Of a DNA stretch of 64,000 bases, positions 48,779 to 61,500 are shown piece after piece (positions within the stretch are counted from its first letter, which is position 1; the number at the start of each line of letters is the position of its first letter). The stretch is from the NCBI GenBank assembly GCA_002269645.1, contig NIVC01001326.1:243708-307707 (forward strand). The letters are read 5' to 3'. The translations under genes were made by a program, and so were the position numbers. The stretch is from Macrostomum lignano (lineage: Eukaryota). The notes beneath the pieces were generated by a model that saw only the letters and a list, made by a program, of their open reading frames with translations, was not told where the DNA came from and made no database searches.

Positions 48779-51623
48779 ATGAGCGGACAGCAGAAATTGC
48801 AGGCCAAAGCCAATCAAGGTATTGTATTTTCATTGCTATTTGCTGTTTTAGGACATTCATTTTATGCTACTGTCCACACACAATTCAGTAGTATAGTTTA
48901 GCTGTATAATTTGAAATATAAATTAATGCAGGAGCCACCGAAGCTCGAATTAGCGGCGACATGTCGGACGCGGCCGGCTCCGCGGCGGTTGGCCGACTAC
49001 AGCAGAGCATCACCTACAATGCCAGACTGCAGGCTATGGGTCACTATCTGAGGTGAGCCAAGTCTTGTCTGGGAATCAATTCCATTTTCCAACCTAAGAA
49101 ACTTTTCATAAATATATTCTGATGAAGATGTGGACAGCTCGAACTAGCAATTGATTAGTGCATAGACAATGTTTAGTTAAAAATGGATTCCTTACAGATA
49201 GAAATGGCATCCATACAGATAGAAATGGCACCCATACAGATAGAAATGGCATCCATACAGATAGAAATAGCATCCATACAGATAGAAATGGCATCCATGC
49301 AGATAGAAATGGCATCCATACAGATAGAAATCGCATCCTTACAGATAGAAATGGCATCCATACAGATAGAAATGGCATCCATACAGATAGAAATGGCATC
49401 CATACAGATAGAAATGGCATCCATACAGATAGAAATGGCATCCATACAGATAGAAATGGCATCCATAAAGATAGAAATGGCATCCATACAGATAGAAATG
49501 GCATCCATACAGATAGAAATGGCATCCATACAGATAGAAATGGCATCCATACAGATAGAAATGGCATCCATACAGATAGAAATGGCATCCATACAGATAG
49601 AAATGGCATCCTTACAGATAGAAATAGCATCCATACAGATAGAAATGGCATCCTTACAGATAGAAATGGCATCCATACAGATAGAAATGGCATCCTTACA
49701 GATACAAATGGCATCCATACAGATAGAAATGGCATCCATACAGATAGAAATGGCATCCTTACAGATAGAAATAGCATCCATACAGATAGAAATGGCATCC
49801 TTACAGATAGAAATGGCATTCATACAGATAGAAATCGCATCCATACATATAGAAATGGCATCCATACAGATAGAAATGGCATCCTTACAGATAGAAATGG
49901 CATCCATACAGATAGAAATGGCATCCTTACAGATACAAATGGCATCCATACAGATAGAAATGGCATCCATACAGATAGAAATGGCATCCTTACAGATAGA
50001 AATAGCATCCATACAGATAGAAATGGCATCCTTACAGATAGAAATGGCATCCATACAGATAGAAATCGCATCCTTACATATAGAAATGGCATCCATACAG
50101 ATAGAAATGGCATCCTTACAGATAGAAATGGCATCCATACAGATAGAAATCGCATCCTTACAGATAGAAATGGCATCCGTACAGATAGATATAGAAATGG
50201 CATCCATATTCATACAGATAAAAATGGCATCCATTAAGATATAAATGGCATCCATTAAGATATAAATGGCATCCATACAGATAGAAATGGCATCCATACA
50301 GATAAAAATGGTATCCATACAGATAGAAATGGTATCCATACAGATAGAAATGGCATCCTTACAGATAGAAATGGCATTCATGTTCATACAGATAGAAATG
50401 GCATCCTTACCGATAGAAATGGCATTCATATTCATACAGATAAAAATGGCATTCATTAAGATATAAATGGCATCCATTAAGATATAAATGGCATCCATTA
50501 AGATATAAATGGCATCCATACAGATAGAAATGGCATCCGTACAGATAGAAATGGCATCCTTACAGATAGAAATGGCATCCATACAGATAGAAATGGCATC
50601 CTTACAGATAAAAATGGCACCCTTTTACAGATAAAAATGGCATCCTCAATTATAAATGTTTGTCTTGCTTTAACTTTTAAGGCAGAGGGCTAATTGCGTG
50701 CATTGACTGTAAAGTCAACGCTTTAGCATTTCGTTTTGAACTTTTTTATAACTTTTCCAACGCAATCCAGTGAAGAGCGTACTGCTTATAGAGGCTCACT
50801 GCTTATACAGGATCTGTCCTTCTGTGTTGGGTTCGGTAACAGCTTGTTTAAATATTTTTTTCCTATCGAAAGCATGCTAAAGTTTTATATTTGAGAAAAT
50901 TTTAGTAACCTTGTTTAAGATTGTGTTTGAGGAATTTCGATTCTATGTTTAGAAAGGAAAAGTATTTGGTTAGAAAACTATTCGATAAAATTCAACTTGC
51001 TGTTAGTTGCACGAAAACATGTCGCATCCGCTTGAAGCTATGGAGCGTCGTCTAGATGCGTTTGCTTACTACAATAGGTGAGGATATTTTCGGGCGAGTA
51101 CGAATCCCAGGATTAAGGGACAATGTTAAAGCCCACCTTATCTAGATACCTGCAAAGTGTGACAACAATATACAGTACCGTGAACATTACTTGTTTGTTA
51201 GTTAATTAGATAGTTAATTAGGTAGTTACTTGTAGTTAGTTAGTTATTTATTTTGTTAGTTATTTAGTTAGTTAGTTAGTTAGTTAGTTACTTAGTTAGT
51301 TAGTTAGTTACTTAGATAGTTGTTAGTTAGTTAGTTTGTTTGTTTGTTAATTAGGTAGTTACTTCTAGTTAGTTAGTTAGTTATTTAGTTAGTTAGTTAT
51401 TTATTTTAGTTATTTTTTTAGTTATTTAGTTATTTAGTTAGTTAGTTAGTTATTTAGTTAGTTAGTTAGATAGTTACTTAGATAGTTAGTTAGTTTGTTT
51501 GTTTGTTAATTAGGTAGTTACTTGTAGTTAGTTAGTTAGTTATTTATTTTGTTAGTTAGTTAGTTAGTTATTTAGTTAGTAAGTTAGTTAGATAGTTAGA
51601 TAGTTAGTTAGATAGTTAGTTAG

Positions 51624-51656
<33 letters not shown>

Positions 51657-51745
51657 CAGTTAGTTAGTTAGTCAGTCAGTTAGTTAGTTAGTTAGTTAGT
51701 TATTTAGTTAGTAAGTTAGTTAGATAGTTAGTTAGATAGTTAGTA

Positions 51746-51791
<46 letters not shown>

Positions 51792-51831
51792 ATAGTTAGT
51801 TAGTTAGTTATTTAGTTAGTTAGTTAGTTAT

Positions 51832-51863
<32 letters not shown>

Positions 51864-51878
51864 ATAGTTATTTAGTTG

Positions 51879-51914
<36 letters not shown>

Positions 51915-51931
51915 TTCAGTTAGTTAGTTAA

Positions 51932-51965
<34 letters not shown>

Positions 51966-51966
51966 G

Positions 51967-52003
<37 letters not shown>

Positions 52004-52046
52004 ATAGTTAGTTAGATAGTTAGTTAGATAGTTAGTTAGTTAGTTG

Positions 52047-52087
<41 letters not shown>

Positions 52088-52107
52088 ATAGTTAGATAGT
52101 TAGTTAG

Positions 52108-52151
<44 letters not shown>

Positions 52152-52183
52152 ATAGTTAGTTAGATAGTTAGATAGTTAGTTAG

Positions 52184-52223
<40 letters not shown>

Positions 52224-52307
52224 ATAGTTAGTTAGATAGTTAGATAGTTAGTTAGTTAGATAGTTAGTTAGTTAGTTAGTTATTTAGATAGTTAGTTAGA
52301 TAGTTAG

Positions 52308-52375
<68 letters not shown>

Positions 52376-52415
52376 ATAGTTAGTTAGATAGTTAGATAGT
52401 TAGTTAGATAGTTAG

Positions 52416-52479
<64 letters not shown>

Positions 52480-52511
52480 ATAGTTAGTTAGATAGTTAGA
52501 TAGTTAGTTAG

Positions 52512-52581
<70 letters not shown>

Positions 52582-55500
52582 CGGGCCACAGCACCTCAGC
52601 AGTAAACACGCCTGGCTTTTTTGCCAGCCCAGGCCCCACGAATGGTTCGATTTCGTGCTCGGCCACTTTCATTTACGGGTCGTGTGCACGAAAATTGGCC
52701 GGGAGGTTGTCGTGCGATTCCCAGCCACGAAGGCCAGTTCCTAAGGCACAGAGAGTGTACATGCCTGATGATTAGAAAGTCAGGGCCGCTGTACACCCTG
52801 TGTGAGCGTGTGCTGAGTGCGTGCCTGCGTACAGTATTGGCGCGCTCGTATTGTGCTCAGGAGCTGGCTGTGGGACGATGTTGACGATGGTGTTGCGCCA
52901 GGATGCCCGCAGCCTTCTTGCAATGGTTGTTATTGTACTTTATTTACATATTTATCTGGCTTGTTTGTCGGTTAGTTAGCTAATGAGTCAGGAGATTGCG
53001 CCTTAAATCAAGGCAACAGTCGACCACAGTAAGCCAAAGTCCAATTCCGCTGACCCCTGAGCACGCACACGGATGGGTACTCAAGCACACAAAAGACTCT
53101 GTACATTGGCCTTGACTTTCTCGTCGTGTGCATACACCCTTCACACTCACCGTCCAGCCTCCCGGAGTCGATGAAGCGCCGCGTACGCGCCCTAAAGAAG
53201 CTGCAATTCCACACTCTGGAAATCGAATCGAATTTCTATCGGGAGCTGCACGCCCTGGAAATGAAATACGCCTCAGTTCACGCTGAGCAGTTTGACAAGC
53301 GCTACAAAATTGTGAAGGGAGAGTACGAGCCGACTGACGCCGAGGCCGACTGGCCCGAGGACTCCGAGGCCGAACTGCAGCTGGCCGCTCTGGCTCGCAG
53401 CGTCGGCGGAACGACAGAGAAGTCCGCGGCCGCGGCGGCGCAGCTGTCCGGTGACGCAAAAGGCCTGCCGGGATTTTGGCTGACTGTGCTAAAAAATGTC
53501 GAACTAATCGGCCAGATGATTCACGAGCATGACGAGCCGATTTTGAAGCACCTGACCGACATCAGGGCCGGCCTGTTCTCGGGCGACCAGACTGGCTTCA
53601 CGTTGGAGTTCCACTTCTCACAGAATGAGTACTTCTCCAACAGTGTGCTGACTAAGCAGTACTTCACCCGGATGTCGCCCGACCGGCGCCAGCCGTGGAG
53701 TTACGACGGCCCGGAGATCTACAGATGCCGCGGCTGCGACATTCAGTGGTGCAAAGGCAAGAATGTGACGGTGAAGATTCTTAAAAAAGTGCAACGCCAT
53801 CGCGGCAACGGTCAGAAGCGGACGCTCACTAAAACTGTGGAGACCGATTCGTTCTTTAATTTCTTCAATCCGCCTACGCAGGGTGAGTTCAAGGACATTT
53901 AAATTTTATTCCAGATTAGGCCTAGAGGCGGATTCATCAGCTTATGGATTTTCAGCTACTGGACGCACGCTTAAACAAACAAAAGCCTCTATAAGCTAGG
54001 TTTTTTACATTCGCTTGGTAGATGTTATCATGCCCCTACCTAACCTAACTTCTAATATTTTACTAAACGAAAACTACTAATAGTAGTTCAAAATGCATAT
54101 AAAAAATCTCCCCCCCCTAGTATCCTGCGGGTTTCCTGGTTTATAAGATAAGGACTTACGATTAATAGCTATAGAAAAATGTGTCCTTTCACTGTAAAAA
54201 AAATAACTTTATGTGCATGGACCCTGCAAAAGATAAATTCACAATGCTTGCTTCCTTTTTTCAGCCATTGACGACCTCAATGATGATGTAAGCTGCGTAA
54301 TTGTTTTTTGTGTTATTTGACTTAAACTTAGCGCACTTTAGTATATAATTAGTAACGGAATTTTACTTAACCGCCTCGCAGGATTCCGAGGTTAGAGCAA
54401 AAGGGTTTTATTTTTATCCAGATTTTCTTTTTTCGTTTTTAAATATTTTAAGTTCTGTTAAATTTCTATATTGTTACTTAAAGTAGCGTGGCTCGAACTT
54501 AAAAGTGTAATTTTTCACTTTTGTTTCCTTTTTAAATTGCTATAGGACGAGGAGATTGAAAATCTGCTACAGTCGGACTTCGAAATTGGGCATTTCATCC
54601 GGGAACGAATTGTGTCCAGGGCTGTGCTGTGTTTCACTGGCGAGGGCCTGGACGACGATGATGAGGTTAGAGCATTCTTGACCTTTAATGTTCTCTGATG
54701 TTACCTATTTTTATGTAAACACCACGAAATCGGTTTTTTGCTACTATTAAGTCAGTAGTACTCAGAGGCGTAGTCTTTACAGTGTTGGTTTGGCAACGTA
54801 ATGATACACCAGGGACGTCTGGATGCCTGGACTGGAAGCAGTGAAGCAGACCGGAAAATCTTTCAGGGACGTCTGGACTCTGGATGCCTGGAATGGAAGT
54901 GGGTAACCCACTCCAAAATCTTTCAGGGACCTCTTGGGGATGCCTGGACTAGAAGCGGACCTGTCCATCTCAAAATCTAGTAGGGACCTCTGATGAATGC
55001 TTGGAATGGAAGCGGACCTGCACCCCACCCAAAATCTACCAGGGACCTTTAGATACCTGGACTGGAAGCTGACCCGCATCCACCTTAAAATATATTACCA
55101 TACCCACTAAAACATCATACGCAGCTGCTTAGATCCATGACTGCCTCCCCCCCCCCACGTTGACCTCGCTATTTTATTTGCGCATCCTCACCTGCCCAAG
55201 TCGCTAATGTGCATATTTAATTAGGCGGACTTGCTGCTGCGCGCATGAGCTCTCCTCCCCCCCCCCAGCTGCCCATATCGGAATTATAAACTGCATGTCA
55301 AGCCTGTTCTAGCTTCCAGTGCTTATCAAATTGATAAAAAATTAGAATCCATCAAATTAAACCGCATGGCTCCACGTAGCAAGTGAACGATGCATTATCT
55401 ATTGTCGGCATTGCATCTTAGTCTGCTTCTAGTAGCTGGCAGCAGCAACGAGGCCTCCGATTGTCCGGCAGCCGCCGACCTGCCAATCGGAGCCGTGTTC

Positions 55501-58500
55501 GGCCAGTCCATCGGTGACGCAAGAAAACGGAGCGCGCTTCGGTTCGCTCTGGCCGACCTCGGTTTCGAACTGGAGTCACCTGCTGGCTGTCCGGCCGCCG
55601 CTCAATCGATACGTCCGCGTCCCCTGGTTGCCATGGTGCCGGACAGGGACGCCACTAGAGCCTATCTAGCCGCCTGCGGACTATTAAACACTGGCGCTCT
55701 AGCCCTGATCGGCCCTGATCACCCGGCTCTGACTAGCGCCGATCTGGCCGCTATTGCTAGCGCCACTCAGGCGCCAATTATCGATCTGAGACCTTCGGAA
55801 TCTCTGGCCGCACCTGGCCGAGCCGACCAGCCGTCGGCCGCTCCGCCATTCCTGCTGCGTCTGCACCCGCCGCTGGAACAGCTGGCAGCCTGTCTGAGCT
55901 CCGCTATCGACTATTTCGATTGGCATGAGGCTCTCTACGTCTACGAAGATTTACGAGCCTGGCTCAGGTTAGAAGCGGCATTGAGGCGTCGAGTTTCGCC
56001 TGAGACTCTCTACTTGCGCACTAGACGATATTCAATAGCGGCCGGGCCTGAGCCCCTACTAGCGGAGATTGAAGCCTCCGGCTGGGCCACCGTTGTGCTG
56101 GACCTGAGCCCGGCTAGCGCTGCTCATTTTCTAAGAACCGCTGCCGCGCTGGGCATGTTAGGCGGCTCCTATCACTACGTGTTGGCTAATTTAAACAGCG
56201 CCCACCTGGCCGCTGCCTACCATGGCAGCCTGTTCAATATCACGGCGTTTAGACTGGAGCCATCGGATCGGCAGCACTACGATCGAGTGCTGGCCGGCCT
56301 TCGGGACTGGCAACGCCAACGGCAGCTTCGAGTAGGCGTTGGCGTCGGCTCGGCGTCGGATGACAGCGGCGATAGCGGCCGCCATGCGGTCAGGCCTGAG
56401 GACGAGGAATTCGGGCCGTTGGAACCGGATGGGCACCTGACTCTGGAGGTGGCGCTGGTGTACGATGCGGCTCAGGTGAGGTGGCTAGGGTATGACTGCT
56501 TTAGGGATCTTCGCTTGGATTTATTCTTTTCTTTTCTCATCTCTTCTCTCATCTCTTTTCTCATCTCTTCTCTCTACGTTTCTCATCTCTTCTCTCTTCT
56601 TTTCTCATCCCATCTCTCTTTCTTTCTTTTCTCTCTTCTCTCATCTCTTCTCTCTTCCTTTCTTATCTCTTCTCTATTCTCTCATATCTTCTCTTTTCCT
56701 TTCTCATCTCTTCTCTCTTCTTTTCTCATTCCATCTCTCTTCCTTTCTTATCTCTTCTCTCTACGTTTCTCATCCCATCTTCTATTCTCATCTCTTTTCT
56801 ATCCTTTTCTCATTTCTCACTTTTTCTAGTCTCATTCTTTATATTTTCTTTTCTCTCCTCTTCTTTAATATCTTTTTTTCTTTCATAGTTGGCTTCTCCC
56901 TAGCTGCCTTCAGTTTCTCATTAATATTAATTTCCTAGTTGTTTCTTGCTCTCACAAAAATCTATTTTAGTTTTGAAGGACATTCCATGTACCGTTAACC
57001 CAGGTGCTGCTAAAAGCTCTGGCCGATTTGCACAGAAGCCGTCAGCTGGTTCACAATGGCGGCAACGGCAGCGGCAGCGGTGGCTCCGCTTTCTCCCGCT
57101 GCTCGGCCAGGCCCAACCAAGCCGCCAGTTCCCCGTGGCCACTAGGCGCCAGCCTGTGGAACTATCTGCACTCGGTGGACCTGCCCAGCACAGGTTTAAC
57201 CGGCCCCATCCGATTCAGTCGAGGCGTTCGAGCTCCAATTGAGTCGTCGCCAGTTAACTTGTCAAGACCAGAATCGACTGGCGGACTGGTAGTGCTTCAT
57301 CAGCGTCGTGACACTGGCCTTGTCCGGTTGGCCAGCTGCGACTCCGCTGGCCGCTTAAAGCTGCCCAACCGGAAGCGGCCATCTGGCCAGCAGTCAACTT
57401 CCGGCGACTTCCCTACTGGCGGCCGACTGCACGGTCGCCGCCTCCGCGCCGTGGTGGTGGCCGCCCAGCCGTTTGTGTGGATCAAGCGCGAGCACCGGTC
57501 CCGCTACCTGAGCCCGGGCGGGCACATCCTGCCCGGGGTGGAGTTTCACGCGCATCATCTGGAAGGCTTCTGCGTGGACATGATTCGATTGATTGCTAAT
57601 CGAACGGGCCTGAAATGGAGTGTGTACCGATCGCCAGACGATAAATATGGTAGCTGCGTTAAACCGCCCGGCTGTCACCACAGATTAGCCAGCAACGGAT
57701 CGGCTGCTCCCTGCCAATGCCAATGGAACGGCATGATGGCCGAGCTGGTGTCCGGCCGGGCCGACATCGCACTTGGCTCCTTCACCATCACCTACGAACG
57801 CGAGCGAGTGATTGATTTCACTAAGCCGTTTATGAATCTGGGTATTAGCATATTGTTTAAACGGCCGAAAGGTGAAAAGCCAGGCTTGTTTAGCTTTCTG
57901 ATGCCGTTAGCGGTTGAAGTGTGGGTGTGCGTGCTGGCGGCCTACCTGGTTACTACCGGCATCATTAACCTGCTGGGCCGGCTGTCGCCCTACGAATGGA
58001 CCAATCCGCACCCTTGCGTGGCTGACCCGCCCTACCTAGTGAACGAACTGTCATTATCCAACGCATTCTGGTTCACAGTTGGCACCCTGATGCAGCAGGG
58101 CTCGGATATCAGTCCCCGAGCGGCTAGCAGCAGATTAGTTGGCGTCATCTGGTGGTTTTTCACCTTGATATTAATTAGCTCCTATACGGCTAATCTGGCC
58201 GCCTTTCTCACTGTCGAACTGGTGGTGATGCCGATTAAAAATGCCGAGGAGCTGTCCAACCAGACCGCTATCGAGTACGGCCTGCTCAGCGGCGGCTCAA
58301 CTGAGGCATTCTTTGAGACTTCTCACATTGCCACTTATTCCCGCATGGCCAAGTACATGCGCGCCAGGCCCGGCGTGAAAACTGCCACTACTAGCGCCGG
58401 CATCGAGCGGGTGAAGAAAGGCGGCTACGCTTTCCTGATGGAATCGGCTATGATTGAATATCACATTGAGCGGGAATGCAATCTGCAGCAGATCGGCGGC

Positions 58501-61500
58501 CTCATCGATAGCAAAGGCTACGGAATTGGGGTTGCTCCGAAACGGGAAGAGCTTGGCGACCTGCTTACGTTGAAGATATTAGAGCTGCAGCGGGACCAGG
58601 AACTGCAGGTGAGTTCTTTATCAGTCAAAATGTCGCTTTCATTGTCGGTCAAAATGTCGCTTTCATTGTCGGTCAACATGTCGCTTTAGTTGTCGGTCAA
58701 AATGTCGTTTCAGTTGTCGGTCAAAATGTCGCTTCAGTTGTCGGTCAAAATGTCGCTTCAGTTGTCGGTCAAAATGTCGCTTTCATTGTCGGTCAAAATG
58801 TCGCTTTCATTGTCGGTCAACATGTCGCTTTAGTTGTCGGTCAAAATGTCGTTTCAGTTGTCGGTCAAAATGTCGCTTCAGTTGTCGGTCAAAATGTCGC
58901 TTCAGTTGTCGGTCAAAATGTCGCTTCAGTTGTCGGTCAAAATGTCGCTTCAGTTGTCGGTCAAAATGTCGCTTTAATTGTCGGTCAAAATGTCGCTTTT
59001 TTTGTCGGTCAAAATGTCGCTTTTATTGTCGGTCAACATGTCGCTTTAGTTGTCGGTCAAAATGTCGCTTTAATTGTCGGTCAAAATGTCGCTTTTATTG
59101 TCGGTTAACATGTCGCCTTTATTGTCGGTCAACATGTCGTTTCAGTTGTCGGTCAAAATGTCGTTTCATTTGTCGGTCAAAATGTCGCTTCAAATTGTCC
59201 ATCAAAATGTCGTTTCAGTCTTCAGTCAAAATATCGCTTCAAACTGTCCGTCAAAATGTCGCTTTAGTTGTTGGTAAAATGTCGCTTTAATTGTCGGTCA
59301 AAAATGTCGCTTCAGTTGTCGGTCAAAATGTCGCTTTAATTGTCAGTCAAAATGTCGCTTTAGTTGTCGGTCAAAATGTTGCTTTAATTGTCAGTCAAAA
59401 TGTCGCTTTTATTGTCGGTCAAAATGTCGCTTTTATTGTCGGTCAAAATGTCGTTTCATTTGTCGGTCAAAATGTCGCTTCAAATTGTCCATCAAAATGT
59501 CGTTTCAGTCTTCAGTCAAAATATCGCTTCAAACTGTCCGTCAAAATGTCGCTTTAGTTGTTGGTAAAATGTCGCTTTAATTGTCAATCAAAAATGTCGC
59601 TTCAGTTGTCGGTCAAAATGTCGCTTTAATTGTCGGTCAAAATGTCTCTTTTATTGTCGGTCAAAATGTCGTTTCAGTTGTCCGTCAAAATGTCGCTTCA
59701 GTTGTTGGTAAAAATGTCGCTTCAGTTGTTGGTAAAAATGTCACCTCAGTTGTTGGTCAAAAATGTCGCTTCAGTTGTCGGTCAAAATGTCGCTTTTATT
59801 GTTTCAAAATGTCGCTTCAGTTGTCGGTCAAAATGTCGCTTCAGTTGTCGGTCAAAGTGTCGCTTCAGTTTTCGTTCAAGATGTCGTTTCAGTCTTCGGT
59901 CAAAATATCTCTTTAAATTGTCCGTCAAAATGTCGCTTTAGTTGTTGGTGAAAATGTCGCTTTAATTGTCGGTCAGAAATGTCGCTTCAGTTGTCGGTCA
60001 AAATGTCGCTTTTATTGTCGTTCAAAATGTCGGTTCAGTTGTGTACGGTCAAAATGTACGGTCGAAATGTCGCTTGAAAGTTTTTGCTATATTGAGGATT
60101 GTCGTTTAGAAAAATCGCTATCGCTTAAACTGCCGCTGATCCCCGTATCCCGCAGACACTAAAGAACAAATGGTGGAAGGACACGGGCATCTGCGGCGGC
60201 CAAGACTCGCAGCAGTCGAAGAATGCCAATCCACTCGACATGCAGAGCATCGGCGGCATTTTCCTAGTGCTGGTGGGCGGCATCATCGTGTCGACTTTAG
60301 TGGCCATCGTTGAATTCACTTGGCACTGGCGGAAGATTCGTCAATCTGGTCAAGTTATCGGCGCCGCCGACCTCTGCAGCCGGATGTGCCAGGAGGCCAA
60401 GTTCTCCTTGAACTGCTTCGGCTCCAGCGAGAAGCCGCAGCCTCAGCGTGCATGCAGCGAGCCGTGCTGCGAGATGCCTCTTCTAGCGTCGCCTCATCAT
60501 CAGCTGCCGCAATATCAGCACGTGCCGCCTCCGCCGCCGCCGCCGGTGCCGCCACGGCAAGGTTCCTCCTTGTCGCCAAATCCAGCTCGCTACTTCCGGC
60601 CTCTGGACATTGGCGGCGGCGGCGGCGGGTGGCCGGAGTTTGACTTCTGACTTCTTTTGGTTGTTGCGGATATCTGCTGTGTGTGGGATGGGACTGCGGA
60701 TATCTGCTGTGTGTGGGATGGGACTGCGGATATCTGCTGTGTGTGGGATGGGACTGCGGATATCTGCTGTGTGTGGGATGGGACTGCGGATATCTGCTGT
60801 GTGTGGGATGGGACTGCGGATATCTGCTGTGTGTGGGATGGGACTGCGGATATCTGCTGTGTGTGTGGGATGGGACTGCGGATATCTGCTGTGTGTGGGA
60901 TGGGACTTCCCTATATCGAAAATTCACTATAGCTTCTTAAATACAGATTTACGGTAGAACGTGTAAAATTATTTATATATTTCGTCTTTTTTTGCTTTAT
61001 AATTGCAAATTTATATTCCCTAGCCTTTTATATTACTATAAGTAGTTCTCGCACGCAAGCACATTTATACTGCTTATCAACTCCTTTTTAAATACATTTC
61101 TCACAGTTTGACGACGAAGACGAGGAAGAGGAGGTGCGCAGTGAAAAAAATTGATGCCAATTAAAGTGCAACATGTTCCTTTGGCTTTGTTGCTATATTG
61201 TTGAGTTTGGACTTTACAGCTTTAATTGTTTTTTTGTTAAAATGTTCCAGCTTACGTTTTTCAAATTTGTTTTATTCTTTTATCTCTAAAAATCATTTAT
61301 TTTCTTTTCAAACATTGTGTCAGGATGACGACGGAGACAACGAAGTGAACGACTTTGATGAAGAAGAGGCTGCACAGCAGGTGGGTGATTTTCTGTGTAC
61401 AGCTGACAGGTGGGTAATGGGAGTGTCTGTGTACAGCTGACAGGCGGGTGATAGGAGTGTCTGTGTACAGCTGACAGGTGGGTGATGGGTGATGGGAGTG

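Noticed and set aside
52755-52800. CTGATGA...GAAA suggesting a hammerhead ribozyme in repeat family 2
   Set aside because: Only 3 nt separate the core motifs (no stem II), there is no stem III or UH site, and the 8730 copy has GTAA instead of GAAA.
55285-55290. TATAAA about 100 bp upstream of the iGluR ATG as its promoter
   Set aside because: A single hexamer in AT-rich DNA is not sufficient evidence without TSS data.
58085-58105. Q/R editing at the iGluR MQQG site
   Set aside because: Gln is genomically encoded mid-way through a 1.6-kb exon, and I saw no nearby complementary intronic sequence. There is no evidence for editing.
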